Positions 40,457 to 48,789 of a stretch of 64,000 nucleotides of DNA are shown one piece after another (within the stretch, counting starts at the first letter, position 1; every line of letters begins with the position of its first letter). The DNA is taken from NCBI GenBank assembly GCA_021773075.1, contig JAJFKT010000026.1, positions 184,356 to 248,355 on the forward strand, in the 5' to 3' direction. This DNA is from Woeseiaceae bacterium. GTDB taxonomy: Bacteria > Pseudomonadota > Gammaproteobacteria > Steroidobacterales > Woeseiaceae. The translations under genes and the position numbers were made by a program. The notes under the pieces were generated by a model. The model was not told the origin of the DNA and searched no databases. It worked only from the letters and a program-made list of their open reading frames with translations.

Positions 40457-42213
40457 TGCGGTGCGCGGCGGTTTTGATTGTTCTCCTGCTGTGCGTCGCG
40501 CCCGTTGGAACGGCGTCGGATATCTCTGCTACAAGGCATAATCTGTCCGTTTCCGGATCGGGGTCAGTGACGAGCGGATCCGTTAATGAGGTCTGCGTCT
40601 TTTGTCATACGCCGCACCATTCTTCACAAAGTGCGCCGTTGTGGAACCGCGAACTTCCCACCGGACAAACCTACCAGTTGTACGGTAGCAGCACTCTCGA
40701 TGCGTCACCTGAAAACCCGCAGCTAAGGTCAGGTAATCATTCCCTGCTTTGTCTTTCATGTCATGACGGCACGATTGCATTGGGGGATTTTATTAACCCA
40801 TCCCAGGAAGATACCGGCTTTGTATTTGGGGCTGGCGACAGGGGCAGGCTGGGTACTGATTTGAGTAACGATCATCCGGTTTCATTTACTTACGACAACA
40901 GTTTGTCACTCAGTGATACGCGTCTGCATCCGCCAGGGATCAATGGTGCGAACATCGCACCTCTGCCGTTGCAGGGCGGGCAATATCTTGAATGTACGAC
41001 TTGTCACGACGTACACGACAACACGCTGCAACCATTTCTTTATGAGCAATCACTGAATGGCGACCTTTGTCTTAAGTGCCATGATTTTGCAACCTGGGAC
41101 TTTGCGGTTTCATCGCATGCCACGCAGACCGGAAACACGCCAGGCTCACCCGGACCCTGGGATAACAGGAGAGCGGAATGGCGCGGTTTCAATGTTGCCG
41201 AGAACAGTTGTTTCAACTGTCACACTCCACACGGTGCTCCATCGCCGGAACGATTGCTCAAGGATGTTGAAGAGAATACCTGTTTGCAATGTCACAACGG
41301 CACCGTTGCCGACACCAATATCGCTGCCGAGTTTAACAAGGCCTCCAGCCATCCAATTGATATGACAACGGACGTTCACGATCCCAGTCCAAGCGTCGAG
41401 TCTGCCATTGTCCAGTCCCGGCATGTGGAATGTGTTGATTGCCATAACCCGCATGCGGTCAGTGGTACTGATATTGGCAATCTGCCTGGACCACTAAACG
41501 GTGTCAGGGGGCTCGACTCGTCTGGCCTCGGCGAAGTAAATCCAATTACCGAGGTGTACCAGCTGTGTTTTCGCTGTCATGCCTACAGTGGCAGTAAACC
41601 GGCACCACCGACGGCACGCGTGCACGAACAGACCAATGTCGCAATGGAGTTTGATACCGGTAATCCATCATTCCATCCGATACTCGGACCAAGCGTTAAT
41701 CCTAACGTACCCAGCCTTATCATTGCGCCGGGTAGTATTATTACGTGTATCGACTGTCACAATAGTAATACATCCAGCACGGCCGGTGGCAGTGGCCCTG
41801 ATGGACCGCATGGTTCCACCTTTCCGACATTGCTCGCTCGTCGATATGTGACGGCAGACAATACTCGCGAGAGTGCTGCTGTATATGCGCTGTGTTTGAA
41901 TTGTCACGACTATGACAGCATTCTTAACGATGATAGCTTCGGTGAACATTCCAGGCATCTTGAGAATGGTGATGTGCCCTGTAATGCTTGCCATGACCCG
42001 CACGGTGTCTCATCGACCCAGGCGACATCCAGTAATGGCTTTCCCAACAATACACATTTGATCAACTTCGACACCGGAATTGTCTCGCCTACGCTGGGCA
42101 ACCCCGCACCATTATTTGAAGACGGTGGTACTTTCCGCGGCACGTGTACTCTCAGCTGTCACGGCGAGCAACATTGTCCGGGTGACAATTGCGATATTGA
42201 TGCCCGTTATTAG
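40456..42213 (+). CDS. dodecahaem c-type cytochrome B (11 CXXCH + 1 CX3CH)
   Basis: The start ATG overlaps the upstream stop by 1 nt (TGATG). Signal MRCAAVLIVLLLCVAPVGTA. Motifs: CVFCH, CLSCH, CTTCH, CLKCH, CFNCH, CLQCH, CVDCH, CFRCH, CIDCH, CLNCH, CNACH, plus CTLSCH. Colinear with 37746..39437. Confidence 0.9.
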   Translation: MRCAAVLIVLLLCVAPVGTASDISATRHNLSVSGSGSVTSGSVNEVCVFCHTPHHSSQSAPLWNRELPTGQTYQLYGSSTLDASPENPQLRSGNHSLLCLSCHDGTIALGDFINPSQEDTGFVFGAGDRGRLGTDLSNDHPVSFTYDNSLSLSDTRLHPPGINGANIAPLPLQGGQYLECTTCHDVHDNTLQPFLYEQSLNGDLCLKCHDFATWDFAVSSHATQTGNTPGSPGPWDNRRAEWRGFNVAENSCFNCHTPHGAPSPERLLKDVEENTCLQCHNGTVADTNIAAEFNKASSHPIDMTTDVHDPSPSVESAIVQSRHVECVDCHNPHAVSGTDIGNLPGPLNGVRGLDSSGLGEVNPITEVYQLCFRCHAYSGSKPAPPTARVHEQTNVAMEFDTGNPSFHPILGPSVNPNVPSLIIAPGSIITCIDCHNSNTSSTAGGSGPDGPHGSTFPTLLARRYVTADNTRESAAVYALCLNCHDYDSILNDDSFGEHSRHLENGDVPCNACHDPHGVSSTQATSSNGFPNNTHLINFDTGIVSPTLGNPAPLFEDGGTFRGTCTLSCHGEQHCPGDNCDIDARY

Positions 42214-42255
42214 GGGTTCGCACTGACAAACTCTTACGTTGCTGGAAACGCATGA

Positions 42256-42804
42256 CTAAAGTTTTGGCGTGGGACGGTCCCTGCCTTCGCCAAATAGGCG
42301 GCCGACGCTCATTCGCATAGCGTCAGTTGCGTCGGCGGTCCGCAGGGCCAGACGAAGGCATGTACCAATTGCGGGTTGCAGCGGCATCGCATCCAAATCC
42401 ATGCCGTCCAACAGGTTCTTCACGTAAAGGCCAAGTTCGGTGTCCCCCGAGGTGCTTAGGTGGCGACGAAAGAACAGCGTGTCTGTGTCCTCGGTGCGCG
42501 TCATTAATTGCAGGAACGCGTAGGCTCTGCCGGATATCTGCAGATCACCGTCCCGGGTTGCGCGTAGAACACGAAGCTTGTTTTCCACCAACGTCAGGCT
42601 GAAGCCAAGATCCACGTCTTCGAAAAAAACCGTCACGACCCGGTCACCGAGAAAGTCGAGATCTCCGCCAGCCAGATGCTCCGCGAACATGAGGTTCAAT
42701 GCATGTTCGGTTGGCAGCCGGGCAAAACGTCTGGGCAACCAACCCAGCGACTTTGCAACGATGAACGGTACGACCGGTGGTTTTGCATTGGCTTCGGTCA
42801 TCAT
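42256..42804 (-). CDS. ubiT: SCP2-domain ubiquinone anaerobic biosynthesis accessory factor UbiT (YhbT-like)
   Basis: 182-aa protein of SCP2 lipid-binding type, in an operon with ubiU/ubiV homologues. ATGA overlap with the ubiD stop. Confidence 0.7.
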   Translation of the reverse strand: MMTEANAKPPVVPFIVAKSLGWLPRRFARLPTEHALNLMFAEHLAGGDLDFLGDRVVTVFFEDVDLGFSLTLVENKLRVLRATRDGDLQISGRAYAFLQLMTRTEDTDTLFFRRHLSTSGDTELGLYVKNLLDGMDLDAMPLQPAIGTCLRLALRTADATDAMRMSVGRLFGEGRDRPTPKL

Positions 42805-44333
42805 TGTATGCCCAGGTCATTCCAAATTTTGTCAACACGTTTCCTGACGTCGTCGCTCATGCGAATCGGCTGTCCCCAATTGCGCTCGGTCTCACCGGGC
42901 CACTTATTGGTCGCGTCCAGGCCCATTTTCGACCCCAGACCGGATGTAGGACTGGCGAAATCAAGGTAATCCACCGGCGTGTTATCGACGATCATCGTGT
43001 CGCGCGCAGGGTCCATGCGCGTACTGATAGCCCACATCACGTCGTCCCAGGAGCGCACGTCGATATCGTCATCGGTAACGATGATGAACTTGGTGTAAGT
43101 AAACTGCCGCAGGCAGGACCAGATTCCCATCATAATTCGGCGGGCGTGTCCCCGGTACTGCTTGTTGATGCTAACGATGGCCACTCGGTAGGAACAAGCT
43201 TCTGGCGGCAGATAGAAGTCGGTAATCTCAGGAAACTGCGCTTGCAGCAAGGGAATGAACAATTCGTTCAGAGATTTTGCGAGCACCGATGGCTCGTCCA
43301 GTGGTGGCTTGCCCATATAGGTCGCCTGGTACACAGGATTCCTGCGATGCGTTATTCGCTCGACCGTGAAAATGGGGAATTTCTCGACGGAATTATAATA
43401 GCCGGTGTGATCGCCAAAAGGCCCCTCATCGCGAACCTGGTCGGGCTCGATGAAGCCTTCGAGCACGATCTCAGCTGTCGCAGGAACGAGTAGATTGTGC
43501 GAAAGACAGCGTGTGACGCGTGTCTTCGAGCCGCGTAATAATCCAGCAAACTGATATTCGGAAATCGTGTCGGGGACCGGCGCGACCGCGGCAAGTGTTG
43601 TCGCCGGATCGCAGCCGATGGCAACGGCCACTGGAAAGCGCTTGCCCGGGTACTTTTTCGCAAAATCGGCGAAATCGATTGCGCCACCGCGATGATGCAA
43701 CCAGCGCATGATCAGCTGATTGCGGCCGACAACCTGCTGCCGGTAAATTCCTACGTTGAGCCGCTCCTTGTTGGGGCCTTGCGTCACGACGAGTCCAAAG
43801 GTGATGAGCCGTGCCGCGTCCTCGGGCCAACATTTCTGAATGGGCAGCATTGCCAAATCGACGTCGTCCTTCTCAATAATGGTCTCTTGGCAAACTGGAT
43901 GAGAATCGTGCAGTGGATTGACGTGTGCAAGATTGCCGAATGTGGCCAGACTTCTGACGGCAGAACCAACGTCATCGGGAATGTGTGGCGTCTGCAAATT
44001 CCTGAGCTGCTCCCCGAATCCGCGTATCGCGGTCAGGTCTTCGAGCCCCAGGGCCGCGGCGACGCGTTGGGGCGTCCCAAAAACGTTGCCAACAATCGGC
44101 ATCAAGTTGCCAACAGGATGTTCGAAACGAAGCGCGGGGCCCTCGTGTCGAATTGAGCGATGACACAGTTCAGTGATCTCGAGTTCCGGACTGACCGGCG
44201 CAGTCACACGCCTCATCCATTGTCGTCCTTCGAGGAACTCCAGGTATTCGCGTAGGCTGTGAAAGATCTGGCGACTGTCCTGCGCCAGCGCGGTGAGTCC
44301 ACGACCGATAATCTGCCGGGTTCTATCGCGCAC
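42801..44333 (-). CDS. ubiD: 4-hydroxy-3-polyprenylbenzoate decarboxylase UbiD
   Basis: Colinear, high-identity match to my recollection of E. coli UbiD. Shared blocks include NLGIYRQQ-type (LNVGIYRQQVVGRNQLIMRWLHHRGGA), PVPDTISEYQFAGLLRG, GPFGDHTGYYN, FLRQFTYTKFIIVTDDDIDVRSWDDVMWAISTRMDPARD and GLGSKMGLDATNKWPGET. Confidence 0.9.
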   Translation of the reverse strand: MRDRTRQIIGRGLTALAQDSRQIFHSLREYLEFLEGRQWMRRVTAPVSPELEITELCHRSIRHEGPALRFEHPVGNLMPIVGNVFGTPQRVAAALGLEDLTAIRGFGEQLRNLQTPHIPDDVGSAVRSLATFGNLAHVNPLHDSHPVCQETIIEKDDVDLAMLPIQKCWPEDAARLITFGLVVTQGPNKERLNVGIYRQQVVGRNQLIMRWLHHRGGAIDFADFAKKYPGKRFPVAVAIGCDPATTLAAVAPVPDTISEYQFAGLLRGSKTRVTRCLSHNLLVPATAEIVLEGFIEPDQVRDEGPFGDHTGYYNSVEKFPIFTVERITHRRNPVYQATYMGKPPLDEPSVLAKSLNELFIPLLQAQFPEITDFYLPPEACSYRVAIVSINKQYRGHARRIMMGIWSCLRQFTYTKFIIVTDDDIDVRSWDDVMWAISTRMDPARDTMIVDNTPVDYLDFASPTSGLGSKMGLDATNKWPGETERNWGQPIRMSDDVRKRVDKIWNDLGIQ

Positions 44334-45225
44334 TTATCATTCCGGCAGCGCCGTGCCAGTAACCGTCGCACAATCCCTCAGGCGCATAGACTCTAAGGTC
44401 TCGAGTAGCCGCATCGCCGGTAACCTCGCCGCGGCGCAGCGCGTCGATCATTGCAATTATCGATTTTGTACCGCCTGCCTGTGGGCTGATTCGAAAAATG
44501 TCGGCGATACCCGAGTTGTCTTCAAGTTCAGATAACAGGCAGGACGTGCGGGCCGACATAGTCTGAATGCCGTTGATGACAAGGAAGTTCTCATCCTCCC
44601 GGGTCTGCAGCGATAAGCCGTCTGGATAGTCAATGCAACAGTTTGCGCAGTCATCCTTTGGCACCTTGTGAGCGCGGGCCGTATAGCATCGCGCCGAGTA
44701 GGCAAGCGGCAGACGGCCCCAGGCAGGCAGCTCATACTCAATGGGCGCGAGAATATCAGCGCGAATCTCGGTCAGCATACTTCGGGACATTTCCACCGGT
44801 ACGACCCAACGTCGCAGCCCAAGGTCGATTAACTTCTGCAGCGCACGTTGATTAAGGAGGTTCAGTGTTGGGCCGCCGACAAATGGCACTTTGCCAGCCA
44901 GCATTTGTACAGCGGACATGTCGTTGGCTTCGACCAGCATTTCGCCGTTGTCGCAGAGCCGCTTGATGTAACCAAGTTCCGACTGGGCCTCGACGAGCGC
45001 AAACGTCGACAATACGACTTCCTTACCCGCTGCGGCAAGCATCTCAGCCGTGTCGATCCAGTCCTGGCGTCGAAACTCCCGGCGCTTGGAGCAAACGGTT
45101 TCGCCGAGGTAGACGATGTCGATTGGACTATCCGCGACATGCACGTAGAGGTCTTGCATATCCGCTTTGGGCCAATGGAACTGCAGTGGGCCAAGCGATA
45201 ATCTCGTCGCTGCAATTTCGCTCAT
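44323..45225 (-). CDS. ubiV: U32-family ubiquinone anaerobic hydroxylase subunit UbiV (YhbV-like)
   Basis: LSLGPLQFHWPKADMQDLY...IVYLGETVCSKRR...VLSTFALVEAQSELG...LPLAYSARCYTARAH...CANCCIDYPDG is colinear with E. coli YhbV as I recall it. The start ATG 45225 overlaps the ubiU stop (TAATG). An alternative ATG lies at 45234. Confidence 0.85.
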   Translation of the reverse strand: MSEIAATRLSLGPLQFHWPKADMQDLYVHVADSPIDIVYLGETVCSKRREFRRQDWIDTAEMLAAAGKEVVLSTFALVEAQSELGYIKRLCDNGEMLVEANDMSAVQMLAGKVPFVGGPTLNLLNQRALQKLIDLGLRRWVVPVEMSRSMLTEIRADILAPIEYELPAWGRLPLAYSARCYTARAHKVPKDDCANCCIDYPDGLSLQTREDENFLVINGIQTMSARTSCLLSELEDNSGIADIFRISPQAGGTKSIIAMIDALRRGEVTGDAATRDLRVYAPEGLCDGYWHGAAGMISAR

Positions 45226-46220
45226 TACTGCCATCCCCTGTTGTAAGCGCCAAGAGTTGTTTGTGCTCCCTCTGATAGGGAAGTAAGGGTGGCAAGCCAT
45301 TCTTTCTCGGGGCGGTAAGCCTTTGTGTCGGCCAGGCATTTGTCGATCGCCTCACGAAATACTGAAGTGACGCGACTCACATAGGCCGGGCTGCGCTGCC
45401 GCCCTTCGATCTTGATCGCGGCGACGCCGATCTCGACGAGATCGGCAAGAATAGGCAAGGTGTTCAGACTAGTGGGTTCTTCAATGGCATAGCCTATGTC
45501 GCTTTTTACGCAATAGCGCCCTTTGCAGATCGTCGGATATCCGGCATTTTCGTTATCCGCAATACGATCGATCAGGACATCATTCAGGCGGGTTTCCATG
45601 CCGGCATTCGTTTCCGACCAACGCACGAATTTGGCGGGGGAACAGGCGCCATACATGTTCGGGCCCTGGCCGGTCACGTACGATGACAGGTAGCAACGAC
45701 CTTCGACCATCACGCAAAGGCTGCCGAAACCAAAAGTCTCGATCGGTACCGGGCTGTTTTTGGCGATGGCTGCGACCTGGCGAACCGACAGGACGCGTGG
45801 CAGGACTGCCCTCTTGATGCCGAACTGCTGTGCGTAGAATTGAATCGCGTCCTGAGATGTTGCAGAGCCTTGGACGGACAGGTGCAGGTTCAGATTCGGC
45901 CAGGATTCAGCCGCGTAATCCATGACCCCGATGTCGGCGAGGATCAATGCATCGGCGCCTATGCTGGCAGCCATATCGACCGCATATTGCCATTTCTTCA
46001 GATTGCCGGGTTGCGGATAGGTATTGATGGCGATGAACACCCGTACGCCGCGTTCATGTGCGTATTCCGTTCCTTCAGCAATCTGTCGATCGGTGAAATT
46101 GAGACCCGGGAAGTGCCGCGCATTAGTTTCATCCCGGAAGCCAATGTAGACTGAATTTGCGCCTGCATCCACAGCGGCTTTCAGCGACTGAAGATTCCCG
46201 GCCGGACAAACGAGTTCCAT
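45225..46220 (-). CDS. ubiU: U32-family ubiquinone anaerobic hydroxylase subunit UbiU (YhbU-like)
   Basis: MELVCPAGNLQSLKAAVDAGANSVYIGFRDETNARHFPGLNFT...FGFGSLCVMVEGRCYLSSYVTG...GACSPAKFVRW...YPTICKGRY...IKIEGRQRSPAYV...TTLGAYNRGWQ is nearly colinear with E. coli YhbU. The ATG at 46220 is preferred over 46292. Confidence 0.9.
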   Translation of the reverse strand: MELVCPAGNLQSLKAAVDAGANSVYIGFRDETNARHFPGLNFTDRQIAEGTEYAHERGVRVFIAINTYPQPGNLKKWQYAVDMAASIGADALILADIGVMDYAAESWPNLNLHLSVQGSATSQDAIQFYAQQFGIKRAVLPRVLSVRQVAAIAKNSPVPIETFGFGSLCVMVEGRCYLSSYVTGQGPNMYGACSPAKFVRWSETNAGMETRLNDVLIDRIADNENAGYPTICKGRYCVKSDIGYAIEEPTSLNTLPILADLVEIGVAAIKIEGRQRSPAYVSRVTSVFREAIDKCLADTKAYRPEKEWLATLTSLSEGAQTTLGAYNRGWQ

Positions 46221-46558
46221 CTTTGGACCTGTGTTCAAGCGAATCTTAAATTGTCCATACTCCTGGGCGGTTTGGCGATACATACTTTCCACAGCTTGCC
46301 ACGCCTGATCGGAGGGTAGTGCGGCTGGCTAGATTGTTCCTGGCACATAATCCGTGGTTCTACGAAAGTACAGACAATTTAACCGCCGCTGATCGATTGT
46401 TGGCTCCCTTCGCGAAACACGGAGCGAGCCTCCGAGCCCACCGATTCGCGGTAGCGGGGTAAAACCCTTACAAAATCTCGACGGTGTTTATAGATCTTGC
46501 TGTTTTCGACGAATTAGAATATGAATGGGTTGACCTTGGATACTAGATTTAGCCCAAT

Positions 46559-46876
46559 TTGACCGGCATCCGGAAGAACGTATTGAAATTTGAGCATGGA
46601 TTACTGGCCGCACTGCTTTTGCTTAGCACGTTCGTGTTTGCCGCATCCGACTGGGTCAATCGTATCGTCGAAATTATCCCGGTCAGCGTTACGCTGACCG
46701 ACGTCCAGGAAAAACCGGATTTCCTCCAAATTATTGGTCACGCCTGCGATAATTCCGATATTTCCAGTCTACTGCGTGCAATTGACAAAGCTGATCTGGG
46801 GTCGCCGAATCTACAGAAGGTTGAGCGAAAGAATGGCATCAGCTATTTCGTCCTGCGGGTCAACAGCAAGCACTAG
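46559..46876 (+). CDS. hypothetical small membrane-anchored protein
   Basis: 105 aa with a TTG start and no in-frame ATG. One N-terminal TM (LLAALLLLSTFVFAA), then a region vaguely PilN/GspL-like (LQIIGHACDNSDISSLLRAIDKADL). Weak. Confidence 0.3.
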   Translation: MTGIRKNVLKFEHGLLAALLLLSTFVFAASDWVNRIVEIIPVSVTLTDVQEKPDFLQIIGHACDNSDISSLLRAIDKADLGSPNLQKVERKNGISYFVLRVNSKH

Positions 46877-46981
46877 AGCCTAGAGTACATATCACGTTCT
46901 GTACGCCGTCAGGAGTGGTCCGACCGTCGCTGTATTGAGGTTAGTTAAACATCGATTCTTATGAAAAAAAGACCGTTCTGA

Positions 46982-47944
46982 ATGCGCGATGATAATCTCG
47001 AACATACCGGTGTTCACCGACTGATCGACGCCGAACTTCTTCCGGTAATTGAAAGTCGCCCTCCGAATATGGGGCCGGTGTGTCGCGATAATCTCGTAGA
47101 AGTTAGACGTTTGTCCGACGAGGCTCGGGAATTACAATGCGGCACAGCGCCTGAATTCGCTGCTGAATCGCACGTGATCGAGTCGGAAGAAGGGGAAGTC
47201 GTTGTGCGTGTTTTTCGACCGGAGTCATCGTCCCGGCGAAACGCATTGCTTTGGTTCCACGGCGGCGGCTACATCATGGGCTCCAGTGATGACCTGTTGG
47301 GAAAACAGTTCGCGGCGAATGTTGGCTGTACGGTTTTCTCTGTTGAGTACCGATTGGCACCGGAGCACCCACACCCAGCAGCAGTCAATGATGGAATTGC
47401 AGCTCTCAAATGGCTTCGCAACGAAGCTGAGTCGCTCGGTGTGAGCGGTGACAAAATCGCCATTGCTGGTGCAAGTGCTGGTGCAGGTCTGGCCGCTGGC
47501 GTGACACTGCTGAATCGTGACTCCAATGGACCGATGCCGGTATTCCAGTTGTTACTGTATCCGATGCTCGACAATCTGCACGATACAGTCTCCGGTAGGG
47601 TCGAAGAATATCCGATTTGGAATCGACAAACATCGCTCAACGCGTGGAACATGTATTTGAATGGGTCGCCTGGTACACATGCTTCGCCTTACGCGGCACC
47701 AGGACGAGCAATGGATCTCTCCTGTTTGCCGCCGACGTTTCTAGGCGTTGGTGACGTAGATTTGTTTCGCGATGAAAATATCGCCTTCGTGCAGAAGTTG
47801 ATCGCGGACGGTTCGATTGGAGAGCTGAAAATCTACCCAGGCGTTTACCACGCCGCGGAATGGCAATACCCCGACGCTGGCATCAGTCAGCGCATGATCG
47901 CCGACACGTTCGCTGCTCTTCGCGCCGGTTTCAATATAGAATAG
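46982..47944 (+). CDS. alpha/beta hydrolase fold-3 esterase/lipase (HSL-like)
   Basis: Oxyanion motif LLWFHGGGYIMGS, nucleophile elbow IAIAGASAGAGLA (GxSxG), late His in YPGVYHAAE. Confidence 0.85.
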   Translation: MRDDNLEHTGVHRLIDAELLPVIESRPPNMGPVCRDNLVEVRRLSDEARELQCGTAPEFAAESHVIESEEGEVVVRVFRPESSSRRNALLWFHGGGYIMGSSDDLLGKQFAANVGCTVFSVEYRLAPEHPHPAAVNDGIAALKWLRNEAESLGVSGDKIAIAGASAGAGLAAGVTLLNRDSNGPMPVFQLLLYPMLDNLHDTVSGRVEEYPIWNRQTSLNAWNMYLNGSPGTHASPYAAPGRAMDLSCLPPTFLGVGDVDLFRDENIAFVQKLIADGSIGELKIYPGVYHAAEWQYPDAGISQRMIADTFAALRAGFNIE

Positions 47945-48048
47945 TCGTTATTGGCAATAACATGAGCATTTTGACGAATCCCTTGCCACGCGAAATTGGC
48001 TTATATTGGTTCTAGCCTGAGCTGCCGGGCAATTCCAGGAGAGACAAC

Positions 48049-48789
48049 GTGGATTCTCGTAAATTGAGCTTCGATACCAATGGTTATGTTGCTATTCAGT
48101 CCTTTCTTAGTGAAAACGAAGTCGATCGGCTTCGCGATCAGACCTTGAAGTTCATTGATCAGGATGTACCGAACTTGCCGGATGACGTCGTCTACTGCGA
48201 GGTCAAAGGCAATTATTCAACGCTGAAGCAAGTTCAGAAACTGAACGAATATGGCAATCACTTCAATGAGCTTGCGGCGTCGGACAGGGTTGTTGGCCTG
48301 GCGGAGGAGCTCCTTGGCGGAGCTGTCGTACTACAGAACATGCAGTATTTCGACAAGGTGCCAGGGCTTGGCAAGCCCACCCCTCCACATCAGGACGGCT
48401 ACTACTTCATGATCAAGCCACAGCACGCAGTAACCATGTGGCTATCGCTGGGAGATGCGGATGCCGATAACGGTGCCGTTCGCTACATACCCGGTCCTCA
48501 CAATGAAATGCGGCCACATGGGCTCACAGGAACGCTTGGCTTCTCTCAGGGAATCTCGGACTGGGACGAACGTGACGAGGACGCCTGTGTACAAATGCTT
48601 GCCGGGCCGGGCGACCTGTTAGTGCATCACAGTTTGACAATTCACTGCGCGAACGGAAACCCTACAGATCGTGATCGCAAGAGCATTGGTCTTATTTTCT
48701 ATCGTGACGACGTCGAGATTGACGAGGAGGCGCACGAGGCCTATCAGCAACAACTAAACGAGTCTCTCAGAAGTCAGGCCAGAATCTGA
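48049..48789 (+). CDS. phytanoyl-CoA dioxygenase (PhyH) family Fe(II)/2-oxoglutarate oxygenase
   Basis: GTG start. GYVAIQSFLSENEVDRL, PPHQDGYYFMIKP (HxD facial triad), GAVRYIPGPH, LVHHSLTIHCANGN, typical of PhyH. Confidence 0.75.
   Translation: MDSRKLSFDTNGYVAIQSFLSENEVDRLRDQTLKFIDQDVPNLPDDVVYCEVKGNYSTLKQVQKLNEYGNHFNELAASDRVVGLAEELLGGAVVLQNMQYFDKVPGLGKPTPPHQDGYYFMIKPQHAVTMWLSLGDADADNGAVRYIPGPHNEMRPHGLTGTLGFSQGISDWDERDEDACVQMLAGPGDLLVHHSLTIHCANGNPTDRDRKSIGLIFYRDDVEIDEEAHEAYQQQLNESLRSQARI

Noticed and set aside
42777-43493. 238-aa plus-strand ORF, and others such as 43692..44156, 21947..22585, 50995..51477, 54802..55227, 55731..56192, 60107..60616 and 62846..63505
   Set aside because: All are antisense or out-of-frame overlaps of strongly supported genes (ubiD, GMC oxidoreductase, SIS protein, SSS transporter, TonB receptor, sulfatase). 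None has a motif of its own.
46341-46357. TGGCAC element suggesting a sigma54 promoter
   Set aside because: The -12 element (TTGC) is missing at the proper spacing (TGGCACATAATCCGT). The orientation does not serve ubiU, and no EBP gene is nearby.
46221-46558. FNR/ANR box upstream of ubiU
   Set aside because: It would be expected by analogy with E. coli ubiUV regulation, but no TTGAT-N4-ATCAA-like site was seen by eye. A PWM scan is needed before concluding absence.
47946-47960. Palindrome GTTATTG-G-CAATAAC just after the esterase gene
   Set aside because: It is a single short palindrome with a 1-nt centre. It cannot form a stable hairpin, occurs only once in the window, and has no linked regulator.
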